From NCBI RefSeq assembly GCF_963506605.1, contig NC_083279.1:82460001-82524000 (forward strand): a DNA stretch of 64,000 bases. Reading direction: 5' to 3'. This stretch comes from Zootoca vivipara. Lineage: Eukaryota. The notes beneath the pieces are model-generated. The model ran no database searches. It was given only the letters and a program-made list of their open reading frames with translations, and had not been told where the DNA came from. Positions within the stretch are counted from its first letter, which is position 1. Each line of letters opens with the position of its first letter. A program made the translations under genes and the position numbers. Below are positions 10,420 through 23,397 of this stretch, piece after piece.

Positions 10420-13400
10420 ACTCACCACGGCCTGATTATCGGACCAGAAACAGAGCTGCCAGTCTTTGAACTCCATGGTCCAGATGTGCACTGCCACTAC
10501 AATGGGGGAAAACTCAAGAAAGGTTAAATCATGGGTAATGGCTGCCAGTGCTCAGGCCACCACTGAGCGTGCCAACAGCCATGGAAATGAAGCCCCAAAC
10601 CCAACGACCAACACGTCCGAATGGACCTGGAAATCGAATTGCAGATTCAAAGTATCCTGCCACAAGGATACGCCATTGAACTCCCTCAGGAATTCAAGCC
10701 ACATCTCGATATCTGCCCTGACCTCACTGGGCAACTGTACTCGAGGATGGGGTGACCGCAGGCCTGTAGAGAGTCTGATTAAGCGTGCACAAAAGGGGCG
10801 ACCAGGGGCTACCACCCTGCATGCGAAATTCAAATGGCCCAACAGGGACTGAATCTGCCGCAGAGTAACTTTTTCCCATGGCAAAAATCCATAATGCTGT
10901 CACACAAAGCCACCAATTTTACTTCAGGCAAAGCGGAAGTTACTGCAACAGTATCCAACTGAATTCCAAGGTAAGACAACCTCGTGACTGGGCCTTCAGT
11001 TTTATCAGCTGCCAATGGAACACCTAACTCCTCAGTTAGGTCGTTAAAAGCATGCAATAGTAGCAAGCATTCATCCGAATCGGCTGCAGAACGTAGTAAA
11101 TAGTCATCGAGGTAATGGGTCACGCTCCTAAAACTTGTCTTGGTACGCAAGGCCCAGTCCAAAAATGTACTGAAGGCTTCAAAGGCTGCACAGGATATAG
11201 AGCAGCCCAGAGGCATAGCCTTATCCACATAATACGCTCCATCTAACTGGAGCCCAAGCAACTTAAAATCATGCGGATGCACAGGAAGTAAGCGATAGCA
11301 GCTTCCACATCACACTTTGCCAAAAGTGCACCTTTCCCAAAACTCCTTATCAACTTAACTGCTTGGTCAAAAGTGGCATACTTGACAGAACACAACTCAA
11401 GAGGGATAGCATCATTTACTGATGAACCCTGTGTGTAAGATTAATAATGAATTAAGCAAAATTCCCCACGGGCCTTTTAAAGGGGAAAAGAAATCCGGGT
11501 AGGGAAGGCACTCAAATGGACCAGCTATCCTACCCAAAGCCAGTTCCTTCCTGATCTTTTGCTTTGCAACATCAGGCATCTTTGCGGAAGGGATTTTGAG
11601 CAGAAGGGATCCTGGTGGCCTGACATAGAAAACTCTCATTGTAGCTTATAGCTGCCGCCTCACTGGCCAATGCAAAAGTCTTTTGCACCAAAGATTGATA
11701 AATTCAAATTTAGGTGCAAACTTCTCTTGGGGTAAGCTGCAGAAATAACCCCAGCAAATACTTGAAAAGCATCAAGCCACTTCTCAAAGGTTCTCTCCAT
11801 TTTAAGGGAGCTGGCCTTGCCCGATGCAACCTGCTTGTCCTTGTCTGGAAATTCAGTAGGGGGAAGGAGTTTGAAAATATCCACATAACGACAGTTGAGT
11901 ATCCTATTTCACATCCTGGATGGCAAATGTGCACCTGGAATAATATCCCTGACAGCATTGGTCAAAACTTTAACGTCTTTGACCAGTTCACCATCAATGC
12001 ATTCGAGAGGAAGGCCATACCTGGCCCTGTGCGTGATGGCTCTACGCTGCCATGCCCACCTGGGCAGGCCCGAAGCCCCCTCACCATGACCCCAATACAG
12101 ACCCAGAACCACGTCTGAATCGTCATCGGAGGTCTGAGAAGATGTACCAGTAGAAGAGGAGGAATCACCATCTCTGTGCCTCTTGGCCCTGTGTGTGGAG
12201 CGATGACTCCTCTGCTGCTTGCCGCCAGATGAAGGGACTCTAGGCACTGGGAGATCCTCCTCTGAAGACTGGATGCTGAGCGCCTCCCTCGAAGGAGGCG
12301 ACTGAGCCTGCCCAGAACTAAAAACATGTGAGGAGCTTGGCTGGGAAGATCCCTCACATGCTGTGCAAATTAAGGCCCTGAACTCCCAGACCCCGGGGGT
12401 GCCAACTGCAAACGAGGCAGACCAGACCGGAAGGCCCGTTGTATCATGGCCCCCATACTCCTAGTACGACTCACTAGGGCTAGCTGGGACTGGGATCCTG
12501 GAAGGCTGAAATTAGGAGAGCAAGGCCCCGGAAGGGTCATAAGCCTCACTCCCTTCACTCACATCTGAAGGACCATGAGCCTCAAAAACAGTGGAAGACG
12601 TGGAGGGGCTGGACTGAGAATCAGGCTGCCTCCCAAATTACTAAACCAAAGACTCAAGTTCCGGATTAAATCTTGACATGGCCGCAGGGTCTGAACCAAT
12701 ATCAGTCATGATTGCACCCAAGCGATCCAGCATATGCTGAGGAACCGCTGGGGCCGGCGCTGAATGCAATGACTGAGATGGGCCTCTAATCACCCATTTT
12801 GAAGGGAGAGCAGGACTGGGATTCCTCTTAATAGGCATCTTGATCCCTTCTTTACTAAGCTGGGGGGGGGTTTACTGAAACGTACACACAATAATAAAAG
12901 CACTCTGGTGATCAAGGTGGCACTCCCGCCAAAACAAGATGGTGCTCTTACCAAACAACCAGCTGGGGATAAACCTCCCCCAACTCAGAAAGGAGGACAA
13001 AATGGCGATCGGGCTTAAAGGGGGGGGGGTTCCCTAGGAAATTTCCCACCAGCCCCGGAGCAGAACGGGCAATGGAAAATTTGCTAATCTATCAGAGAGG
13101 GAACTCTCAAAAACGATACCCAAAGCGACCAGCTGGACAGAACAGCCCAGACAATGAAACCCACAAATCACCCGATAAATTCAAACCCCCGAAGCTGCAG
13201 CCCCAGCCAGAACTGAGAATAAAAAGCTGTTGTGCAAAGAGCAAAGGCAAAGTTAAGCAGGTAGCGCTTATGGGGCAAAATCCCCGTGGGGCGAAAGCCC
13301 CTCCAGGGGGAAAGGAAGGGAACTAATAATAATTAACAAAGGAGGGGAAGAAAACAATTGGAAGGAATTAAGGGAAAGAAGGGATAAGGGAAAGAAATGG

Positions 13401-15233
13401 CCAGGACGATCCGTTAAAGGCAAGTCTCTCTCGGCTGCACAGAGGACACATAGAATCATAGAATAGAATAGAATCATAGAATCATAGAGTTGGAAGAGAC
13501 CACGAGGGCCATCCAGTCCAACTCCCTGCCAAGCAGGAAACACCATCAAAGCATTCCTGACAGATGGCTGTCAAGCCTCCGCTTAAAGACCTCCAAAGAA
13601 GGAGACTCCACCACACTCCTTGGCAGCAAATTCCACTGCCAAACAGCTCTTACTGTCAGGAAGTTCTTCCTGATGTTTAGGTGGAATTTTCTTTCTTGTA
13701 GTTTGAATCCGTTGCTCCGTGTCCGCTTCTCTGGAGCAGCAGAAAACAACCTTTCTCCCTCCTTTATATGACATCCTTTTATATATTTGAACATGGTTAT
13801 CATATCACCCCTTAACCTTCGCTTCTCCAGGCTAAACATACCCAGCTCCCTAAGCCGTTCCTCATAAGGCATCGTTTCCAGGCCTTTGACCATTTTGGTT
13901 GCCCTCTTCTGGACACGTTCCAGCTTATCAGTATCCTTCTTGAACTGTGGTGCCCAGAACTGGACACAATACTCCAGGTGAGGTCTGACCAGAGCAGAAT
14001 ACAGTGGTACTATTACTTCCCTTGATCTAGATGCTATACTCCTATTGATGCAGCCCAGAATTGCATTGGCTTTTTTAGCTGCTGCATCACACTGCTGACT
14101 CATGTCAAGTTTGTGGTCAACCAAAACTCCTAGATCCTTTTCACATGTACTGCTCTCAAGCCAGGTGTCTCCCATCCTGTATTTGTGCCTTTCATTTTTT
14201 TGCCCAAGTGTAGTACTTTACATTTCTCCTTGTTAAAATTCATCTTGTTTGCTTTGGCCCAGTTGTCTAATCTGTTAAGGTCATTCTGAAGTGTGATCCT
14301 GTCCTCTGGGGTGTTAGCCACCCCTCCCAATTTGGTGTCATCTGCAAACTTGCTCAGGATTCCCTCAAGCCCATCATCCAAGTCATTGATAAAGATGTTG
14401 AACAAGACTGGGCCCAAGACAGAACCCTGTGGCACCCCACTAGTCACTACTCTCCAGGATGAGGAGGAGCCATTGATGAGCACCCTTTGGGTTCGGTCAG
14501 TAAGCCAGCTACAAATCCACTGAATGGTAGCATTGTCTAGCCCACATTTTACCAGCTTCTTTACAAGAATATCATGGGGCACCTTGTCAAAGGCCTTGCT
14601 GAAATCAAGATAGGCTACATCCACAGCGTTCCCTTCATCTACCAGGCTTGTAATTCTGTCAAAAAATGAGATCAGATTAGTCTGACATGACTTATTTTTC
14701 AGGAACCCATGCTGACTTTTAGTGATCACAGAGTTTCTTTCTAGGTGCTCACAGACTGTTTGCTTAATGATCTGCTCTAGAATCTTTCCTGGTATTGATG
14801 TCAGGCTGACTGGGCGGTAATTGTTTGGGTCCTCTCTTTTCCCCTTTTTGAAAATAGGGACAACATTTGCCCTCCTCCAGTCTGCTGGAACTTCGCCTGT
14901 TCTCCAGGAATTTTCAAAGATTATTGCCAGTGGTTCTGAAATCACCTCTGCCAGTTCTTTTAATACTCTTGGATGTAGTTCATCTGGCCCTGGAGACTTG
15001 AATACATCTAAACTAGCCAAGTATTCTTGACACGCTGTTAGCTTGTTCCGAATGCACAGGCCGAAAGAGGAAGGTCTGGGTCATGTGGATGGGTATATAT
15101 AGGTCCCTCGATCCGTTTGGACCCATTGGCCAGATTGAACCCAACATCGAGGGACCTACCAATCAGGTGTTGTGACTGACCAATCTTACCCACCCACAAC
15201 ATAGGAGGTCGGTCTCCAGGTCTCACCGCAACA
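10420..15233 (-). mobile_element. Ngaro/DIRS-order retrotransposon remnant (terminus, gag-like ORF, RT, start of RNase H), interrupted by CR1
   Basis: RT: HPHDFKLLG..YYVDKAMPLGCSISC..HYLDDYL; QSLLGHLNFACRVVAPGRPF; RNase H VHSD; frameshifted. Confidence 0.85.
13450..15028 (-). mobile_element. CR1 LINE with full RT domain, inserted in the Ngaro terminus
   Basis: [38 protein letters not shown]; one frameshift in a T-run near 14200; TSD GACAC; empty site at about 47920. Confidence 0.95.
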
Positions 15234-15800
15234 TGTGCCCTCTTTTAGGGAAGACACGATTTCTAGCGTCAATAATCCGTTTTAGAAATTAAAGGTCATG
15301 GATGTACTCAAATGTAGAACACTCCCTCGAGCAATGGGACTTCCTTTCCTCTGTTTGCATCCTCTGCAGAACCTCAAAATGTGCTCCAAAGGGTTGGGGA
15401 ACCCCACAGAGCTGATTTTTAGATTGTGTGTGTGAGGAGCTGGCAGAGGAAGAAAAGAAACGATAAGTCCCATGGTACAAACAGATTTCTGATGTCCATG
15501 TGAATGGATCATTGTTTCATTATCCTCCACCTTTGTTTTTAAATTCCCAAACTTTGCTTCCAGAATGTCCATCCATATATTCATATGCTCCTGTTTAGAC
15601 ATCAATTGCAGAGACATTTCTTCCTTCAAAGCATTCACTAAAGCTGTCCACTGGAGTGCTTTTCATTCAGAGTAGGAACCATGTTTTTCAGGTCTGCTTC
15701 CCTGTTGGGATGTGCCCTTAAGTGACTTCCATTCAAAGAAAAGTAGTGGGCAATGTTGCTTTCATTCGTTGAAGTGGTGCTTGCTGAATTTCCACACCTA

Positions 15801-16034
15801 CCCTGTTTCTCATATTTTAAGACATACCCATAAAATAAGCCATAGCAGGATTTTTAAGCATTCAAGGAATATAAGCCATACCCCGAAAATAAGACATAGT
15901 GATAGGCGCAGCAGCAATGCCGGCTGCGGCAGGAGGAGGAGGAAAAAATAAGACATCCCTTGAAAATAAGCCATAGTGTGTTTTTTTGAGGAAAAAATAC
16001 ATATAAGACATGTCTTATAATATGAGAAACACGG
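15801..16034. mobile_element. Tc1/mariner (pogo/Tc2-like) MITE
   Basis: TIR CCxTGTTTCTCATATT / AATATGAGAAACACGG with TA flanks. Confidence 0.8.
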
Positions 16035-16276
16035 TAAAGGCGCAAAGTGTGGTATATCTTGGCCCATTTTTATGGCTAGTAGGGATAGTCATTTCTGCAT
16101 CAGGATAGGAAGCGCTTGCCTCATGCCACCATCTCCCCACTCCCCTTAAACATTTTTAAAGACTTTGCAGCTCAACATTGGCCTTTCTTCCTCATGATTG
16201 TTTGTATCATCCAACAGGTCTTTGCAGGTCTCTAATAAACCTCACAGTGTGAGGCATCCTGTAAAAGTCTGAAGGG

Positions 16277-17152
16277 TAGAATCATAGAGGTGGAAGAGAC
16301 CACAAGGGCCATCCAGTCCAACCCCCTGCCAAGCAAGAAACACCATCAAAGCATTCCTGACAGATGGCTGTCAAGCCTCCGCTTAAAGACCTCCAAAGAA
16401 GGAGACTCCACCACACTCCTTGGCAGCACATTCCACTGTCGAACAGCTCTTACTGTCAGGAAGTTCTTCATAATGTTTAGGTGGAATCTTCTTTCTTGTA
16501 GCTTGAGTCCATTGCTCCGTGTCCGCTTCTCTGGAGCAGCAGAAAAGAACCTTTCACCCTCTTCTATATGACATCCTTTAATATATTTGAACATGGCCAT
16601 CATATCAGCCCTTAACTTTCTCTTCTCCAGGCTAAACATACCCAGCTCCCTAAGCTGTTCCTCATAAGGCATTGTTTCCAGGCCTTTGACCATTTTGGTT
16701 GCCCTCCTCTGGACACGTTCCAGCTTGTCAGTATCCTTCTTGAACTGAGGTCCCCAGAACTGGACACAGTATTCCAGGTGAGGTCTGACCAGAGCGGAAT
16801 ACAGTGGTACTATTACTTCCATTGATCTAGATGCTATACTCCTATTGATGCAGCCCAGAATTGCACTGGCTTTTTTAGCTGCTGCATCACACCGTTGACT
16901 CATGTCAAGTTTGTGGTCTACCAAGACTCCTAGATCCTTTTCACATGTACTGCTCTCATGCCAGGTGTCTCCCATCCTGTATTTGTGCCTTTCATATATA
17001 TTTTTTTGCGCAAGTGTAGTACTTTACATTTCTCCCTGTTAAAATTCATCTAATTTACTTTGGCCCAGTTTTCTAATCTGTTAAGGTCATTTTGACGTGT
17101 GATCCTGTTCTCTGGGGTATTAGCCACCCCTCCCAATTTGGTGTCATCTGCA
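16277..17152 (-). mobile_element. CR1 LINE, 5'-truncated
   Basis: ORF2 C-terminus [20 protein letters not shown]...; empty site at about 48500. Confidence 0.93.
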
Positions 17153-17574
17153 GCTGAGGGTGAAATTCTGCAGTTCTGGTATTCTGTGGACATATCTACA
17201 TCACAAAGTTATATCAGATTTCTGATTTTTTGGCCTTGAAATGATGTCCTCACCCTTCTGCCAGGTCTCTCCACTCCCTCTGGGAAATGGCTTCTGCTTG
17301 TGCAGGAACTTTGTAGAAGCCACTGGTAAGAGAGGTGAGGAAAGCACAGGACCAGGAAAACTTCACTGCCCTCTCCATCTGCTCTGTTCCGTGATGGATC
17401 AGTGGAGCATGGGAGTTGCATTGCTTAGGACAGAGAGTTGCTACATTTCCTTGTCCTGAACCCTTTAAATTCCCTGTTCACAGTCATGTCTCTTCACTCA
17501 CTAAAACAGAATTGGAGGGAGTTTGCATAGGAGAGACATTTTAGCAAGGGCAAAGGGTGGGTAAGAAATGCACA

Positions 17575-17860
17575 TTTTATTAGTTTTTTCAATAATATTT
17601 TTATTAGTTTTCATTTACAATCCAATAATAGCCTCATTATAACAATACCATTTTATAATACAATTATTAATATCAATCCTTCAAATATCGAATTATATAA
17701 TTTAGATAAAGTAGCCTCCCATGTGCTAGAATTGATGGCTTGATTATTTGCTTTATTTCTGAATTCCAAAATCTTATTAATTTTCATTGCATTCCAGTCA
17801 TAATAATAATAATTCCCTTATACAACAACTGCAATATTAATAATTTCTATTCTCTTCTTG
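17575..17860 (-). mobile_element. AT-rich L1-like 3' fragment (paralogs at about 31585, 49535, 62515)
   Basis: T-rich tail with TTTATT and L1-like composition; no diagnostic ORF. Confidence 0.4.
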
Positions 17861-18216
17861 TTGACACATTAAATGATTTATAAAAGTACAAGTGAGGAAC
17901 TCAAACTGTAAGATATTATATTATTTTATTATTATCTTTCTGTTTGGGGTGGGACAAATGTTTTGTCAGGGTGGGTAGTAGTGGGTTGTAGCATAACTGT
18001 TTCTTGTTTTGTTTCTACTTTTATTATTTTGTTAAGTTATTGTATAGTTTGTATTTGCTTTTAAATGGGAATGGGTCAGGGCTGCCTGGGGGAAACACAA
18101 GATTCAGGAAGATTTTGAGCAGAGGAGAGAGAACCACAATTTCTGGGGAATAAATTCTCAATGCTGTTATTCTTCCATTCAGTTTTTGCAGCTCGATCTG
18201 GTGCAGTCCACCTTCC

Positions 18217-21200
18217 ATGGATCTCTCTACCAGTGCTGTGGTCTTCCTGTTCCTCACCTACCATCTCTGTGAGGCAGGTGGTCGAAGCTATAATTCAATC
18301 CTCCTGGTGCCCAATGGCGGGGAGTGGGGAAAATGGGGGAAAATTGAATACTGTCCTTCAGGATATGCATACGGATTCTCATTGAAGGTAAAGGCTTATC
18401 TATATCTTCTTTTTGATACCCNNNNNNNNNNNNNNNNNNNNNNNNNNNNNNNNNNNNNNNNNNNNNNNNNNNNNNNNNNNNNNNNNNNNNNNNNNNNNNN
18501 NNNNNNNNNNNNNNNNNNNNNNNNNNNNNNNNNNNNNNNNNNNNNNNNNNNNNNNNNNNNNNNNNNNNNNNNNNNNNNTTCCCATCTTTCTTTCTGAATG
18601 CATTGCATGTATGTTGCTGCCTGCAAGGTTCTTTGAAGTGTTGTCTATCCACAATGGAGAGGCTTAGAGCGAATTGGATTTTACATAAAAGAAAATTACC
18701 ATGAATCTGGATGGTCTAGAGGAAAAAAGGGACAAGGATACAGACAAGTTTGGAGTGCAATTAGCTGGCAATATTGTGGTCAGGTTTATCTCCCAGAAAG
18801 GTGAGCGCCCAATTGGCAAATGCAGACTAAACTGTTAGTGTGAAAGCAATCTTGGTCAGTTCTGGTGCTTTCTAGGAGGGTTGCCATACATCCAGATTTT
18901 CCCTGACATGTCCAGGATTTCAACAACTTTCCCCAAAAAAAAGCTCAACAAGTTTTTGTGTCCGGGTTTCACTTCTTGAAATAATATGGCAACCCTAACT
19001 TCACAAACGGAAGAGTCCAAGTTACAGGTAGGTAGCCGTGTTGGTCTGGATCGAAGTAAAATAAAAAAATTCCTTCAGTAGCACCTTAAAGACCAACTAA
19101 GTTTTTATTTTGGTATGAGCTTTCGTGTGCATGCACACTTCTTCAGTGAAATGGAAGTTTCCAGGCACTTATGTAGAGAAGGGGTGGGGAGGGGTGGGGA
19201 TGGGGAGGGGGGATCACTCAGAAGGGTGGTGGAAATGGGTGATTGACTGACTGATAGCTGTTGATGACCGGAAACGACTGCAAATGGTTTTGTATGAAAA
19301 AGCAAGGGTTGAGATGGCTGAAGATCGCTTATCATGTATAATGAGATAAGAATCCGATATCTCTGTTCAAACCAGGTCCCTCCATGGTTTTGAGCTTGGT
19401 GATAAGTTGCAATTCAGCAACTTCTCTTTCCAGTCTATTTCTGAAATTCTTTTGTAGTAAGACAGCTACTTTGAGATCTTGTATAGAATGTCCTGGGAGA
19501 TTGAAGTGTTCTCCTACTGGTTTTTCTGTCTTCTGGTTCCTGATGTCAGATTTATGTCCATTTATCCTTTGGCGTAGGGTTTGGCCTGTTTGTCCAATAT
19601 AGAGAGCTGAAGGGTCCAAGTTCGGTTAACTACAATAACAACCCCCCTTTTGTATCATACATAATATCTTTTTTCTGTTTTGTTTTCTACATGGGTACTA
19701 TTTCCTGTTTCTTCGGTTTTGTGTCTGGTCTTACTCTGTACACTTGTAATTTTTTTATTTTTTAATAAAGAATATAAAACAGAGTCCCAGCTTGCAAAAA
19801 CAGCTTTATTGCAGTCTCTTTCTCTCTTTTCCACCAGGTACAGGGAAAACAAGGTGGTACTACTGATGATACTTCCCTCAATGGCATCCGTCTCCATTGC
19901 AGTAAAGGTGAAGTTGTACAATCTACCGTCGGACCGTGAGCATCTTCTAAACTTTTCTCTTTTTTGGTTGGAAAGTGATGGTGTGAGGGGCTAGCTGAAA
20001 TCTATTATGCTTCAGCACCAGGGCAGGATAATGTCAGGTCAGGGTCTATCAGCCTCATTCTCTGCTCTCGGAGCCTAAGGATACCAACTCTAGGTTGCCT
20101 TCTGAATTTTAGAGGGACCAAAGCCCCACATAACAAAGAGGAAAGAGACTGCAACAACCAAGTACAAAGGTCAGGAAAAGCAGAGTTTCTTCCTGAGGAC
20201 CACACATCCCAAGGAAAGAGAGAGCAAGAGGAAACCACCATCTATCCTGAGAGTGGGGAACCTCAAGTCCAGGGGTCAAATGTGGTCCCCTAACTTCTCT
20301 GTCTGGTCCTCATGAATATCTGTGACTTTTAGGGGTCAGGACCTCAGGCAGGAAGGAGAGGCAGGCTGAGCAAAAAAGCTGTATGAAAAGGCCAAGACCT
20401 ACCTAACCAGTGGCTGTGCCTTCCTGAGAGAAAGTTGAAGCTCTCCTTCCTGCTGGGGGCACTGGCTTAAAAAATCAATGCCTCCACTCAACAGCTGTTT
20501 AGCAGAGACCTTGATCCTGTGGGGTGCAGATGCTGCTTTGCCAGTGGCTTTCTTGCAGGAAAGTCACTACCACTTAAGTGAGTGGATCCCATTCTGGGTT
20601 GGTGCTGGTCACTCAACTTCATGAAGGAGTAGCAACACCCCACAGAATCAGGTCGTTCTGCTTAATATCTGTTAGGCAGGGGAGTAAATCCTGCATAGCA
20701 CTGATGCACCCTGACCTTAAACAAACCCCATTCTTAACAGAATATTAGGGTTTAAAATCCCTTTAAAGATTATTTAGCTCCATCCCTAGATTGTTTCAGG
20801 GGCAGATTGGGAGGGTGTGGTGTGGGTGACCCCTGGGTGACACAGGGCAAATCCACCTAATCCAGGGGTCACAACACACAGCCCTTCTTAGAAGATGAGG
20901 TTTGGGAGACATACTATACCTGATGAGGTCTACAAAAGACGCCTTTAAAAAATCTAAGGAGGCAACTGCCCTCTTGACTTTCGTGTGGAGAGCAATTCAT
21001 TCTGATTTGGATCATATTTCCAGAGGAGGCAGACCTTACCACGTTGTCTCTTTTCTTTTCTTTTCTTCTTGCAGGTTGGGAGAGTGGACAAAGATTCAGG
21101 ATTGCCCCAAGGACTACCTGGTTTCCTTCGCTCTGAGAGTGGAAGCCAATCAAAAGATTGGTGATGATACGGCAGCCAACAACATCCAGTTCAACTGTGG

Positions 21201-21366
21201 AGATGGGACTGGACTGGAGGGCAAGGGACTGGACTTCGGTACTTACGGCCCGTGGAGCAAGCGCTGCACCGCTGGTTCCATCTGCGGGATCCAAACAAAG
21301 GTGGAGATAGGTTCAAGTAATGATGAAACAGCACTTAATGATGTCAGGTTCTTCTGCTGTGACTGA
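18217..21366 (+). CDS. VMO1: VMO1-like copy 2; exons 18217-18387, 19838-19935, 21075-21366; 186 aa
   Basis: Same exon sizes and phases as copy 1, canonical splice sites, no stops; exon 2 [32 protein letters not shown]. Confidence 0.93.
18422..18578. other. Assembly gap (157 N)
   Basis: Run of N at the intron-1 microsatellite position. Confidence 0.99.
19024..19613 (-). mobile_element. Penelope-like retroelement, 5'-truncated, in intron 1 of copy 2
   Basis: GIY-YIG endonuclease half [34 protein letters not shown]; TSD GTCCAAGTT. Confidence 0.92.
19112..19146 (-). ncRNA. Minimal hammerhead ribozyme core in the Penelope terminus
   Basis: CTGAAGA-A-GTGTG CATG CACAC-GAAA-GC-TC-ATACC; 5' arm of helix I missing. 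Confidence 0.6.
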
Positions 21367-23397
21367 ATCACCTGGGCTTCATCCTGCTACAACACAGCTG
21401 CCTGTGTTCTAATGGTTTGTTGGCATGAAACTTAACCAACAATAAATCTTAACAAAAGAGTTGTGTGTACCTTTTGGAGCTTTGTCCCTTCCTGATCTCG
21501 ATTCCTTAGGCCTGCATGAATTGGTTTTGGATAGGAGGCCAATGCAATGTTAAAGAGGGTACCATCCTAGAGCCGTAGTGTGATATCTTTAGTTCATTGA
21601 ACTAACCAGGCCCCCCAGCCTCTCAATTTGTCCCATGAGGTTTCTTTGGACAAATCACACCCACTTGCCAATCACCAGCCATCTCAGGCACAGAGATCTC
21701 TCATGACTGATCTAAGCACCATGCGGTGAGATTTGAGGATTTGAAGGAATCTTAGCACCAAGCATAGCAGCCAACTCCGAGGGGCCGTGGTCCTTTGCCT
21801 CCCCCATAAACTATTTGAGGGGGTCATGCCTCCACCCCCCAAGTTGATGGGCATTGCCATTTGAATGGTGTGCATCATGTGATCAATTATGTGGGGCAGA
21901 GCTTACCTGCCTCCCCCCATATTGTATTCAAGTCGGCACCCCTGGCACCAAGCGCCACCAAGAGCCCAAAGTGCAAGCAGAGTCTTATCCCGAATTTTAG
22001 CACTCTGCCCAACAGTGCTAAGCTCAGAGATACTTGTAAGCCTCGGGCTGCTATTTGAGAGTAGAAGGCAACATGTGCACATATTCCTACTCCAGACAAA
22101 TTTATTGAAAGATATAATGAAGTTCATTTATGAATCACCGGAATACCAAATCTTGTAACAATATAGACTATGTATGTTATTTTCTCTTACAGAATTCCTT
22201 TTGAGTATTTCTCTCATACACAAGTACAGGAGAGACATCTTTCTATAATACTTTCGTGGACTGCCTGTTCTGTTCTTTCACCAATGAAAATGAAATGAAA
22301 TAAAATTAAGAATAGGTGTGTCCCTTCTTATCAGCTGTGAGAGGAGCAGGAAGAGGAGATACAGGCAGCATGTATGTCAGAGTGTGTGTGAGCAAACAAA
22401 CAAGGGGTGGCAAGGTGAAACATTCACCTCTTGTGGTCATGGCAGACAGAAGTGGGTTAGGAGGAGCTGCTTCTCATAGTGCTCAGCCCTAGGAAGATGC
22501 AGAGGTCACCTGGCTAAGAGGAGGGAAAGGCCTCAGAATGCAGCAAGCCGGAAGTTTGCACAACTGCTTACTAAAATGAAATGAAGAGGTGGGGGAAGAG
22601 ATGTTGCCAAAAGAGAACCGGGGCCTAGGAGGCCCTCTAAGAAACATAGGAGTGCTCCCTAAAATGCACTAATGGCTGGTTGTAATTACTTTGTGCTGCT
22701 CTGGGCAAACACATTTAATCAATAAAATAGAAATCTCAGTAGAAGCAGCCCCCCATCATTAAAAAGCATAGAATCATAGAATCATAGAGTTGGAAGAGAC
22801 CACGAGGGCCATCCAGTCCAACCCCCTGCCAAGCAGGAAACACCATCAAAGCATTCTTGACATATTGCTGTCAAGCCTCTGCTTAAAGACCTCCAAAGAA
22901 GGAGACTCCACCACACTCCTTGGTAGCAAATTCCACTGCCGAACAGCTCTTTCTGTCAGGAAGTTCTTCCTAATGTTTAGGTGGAATCTTCTTTCTTGAA
23001 GTTTGAATCCATTGCTCCGTGTCCGCTTCTCTGGAGCAGCAGAAAACAATCTTTCTCCCTCCTCCATATGACATCCTTTCATAGATTTGAACATGGCTAT
23101 CATATCACCCCTTAACCTTCTCTTCTCCAGGCTAAACATACCCAGTTCCCTAAGCCGTTCCTCATAAGGCATCGTTTCCAGGCCTTTGACCATTTTGGTT
23201 GCCCTCCTCTGGACACGTTCCAGCTTGTCAGTATCCTTCTTGAACTGTGGTGCCCAGAACTCGGCACAGTACTCCAGGTGAGGTCTGACCAGAGCAGAAT
23301 ACAGTGGTACTATTACTTCTCTAGATCTAGATGCTATACTCCTATTGATGCAGCCCAGAATTGCTTTGGCTTTTTTAGCTGCTGCATCACACTGCTG

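Noticed and set aside
15282-15638. Possible L1 ORF1 coiled-coil fragment
   Set aside because: Too degraded to assign without a profile search.
18254-18667. ORFs spanning the N run
   Set aside because: Artefacts of translating through the assembly gap.
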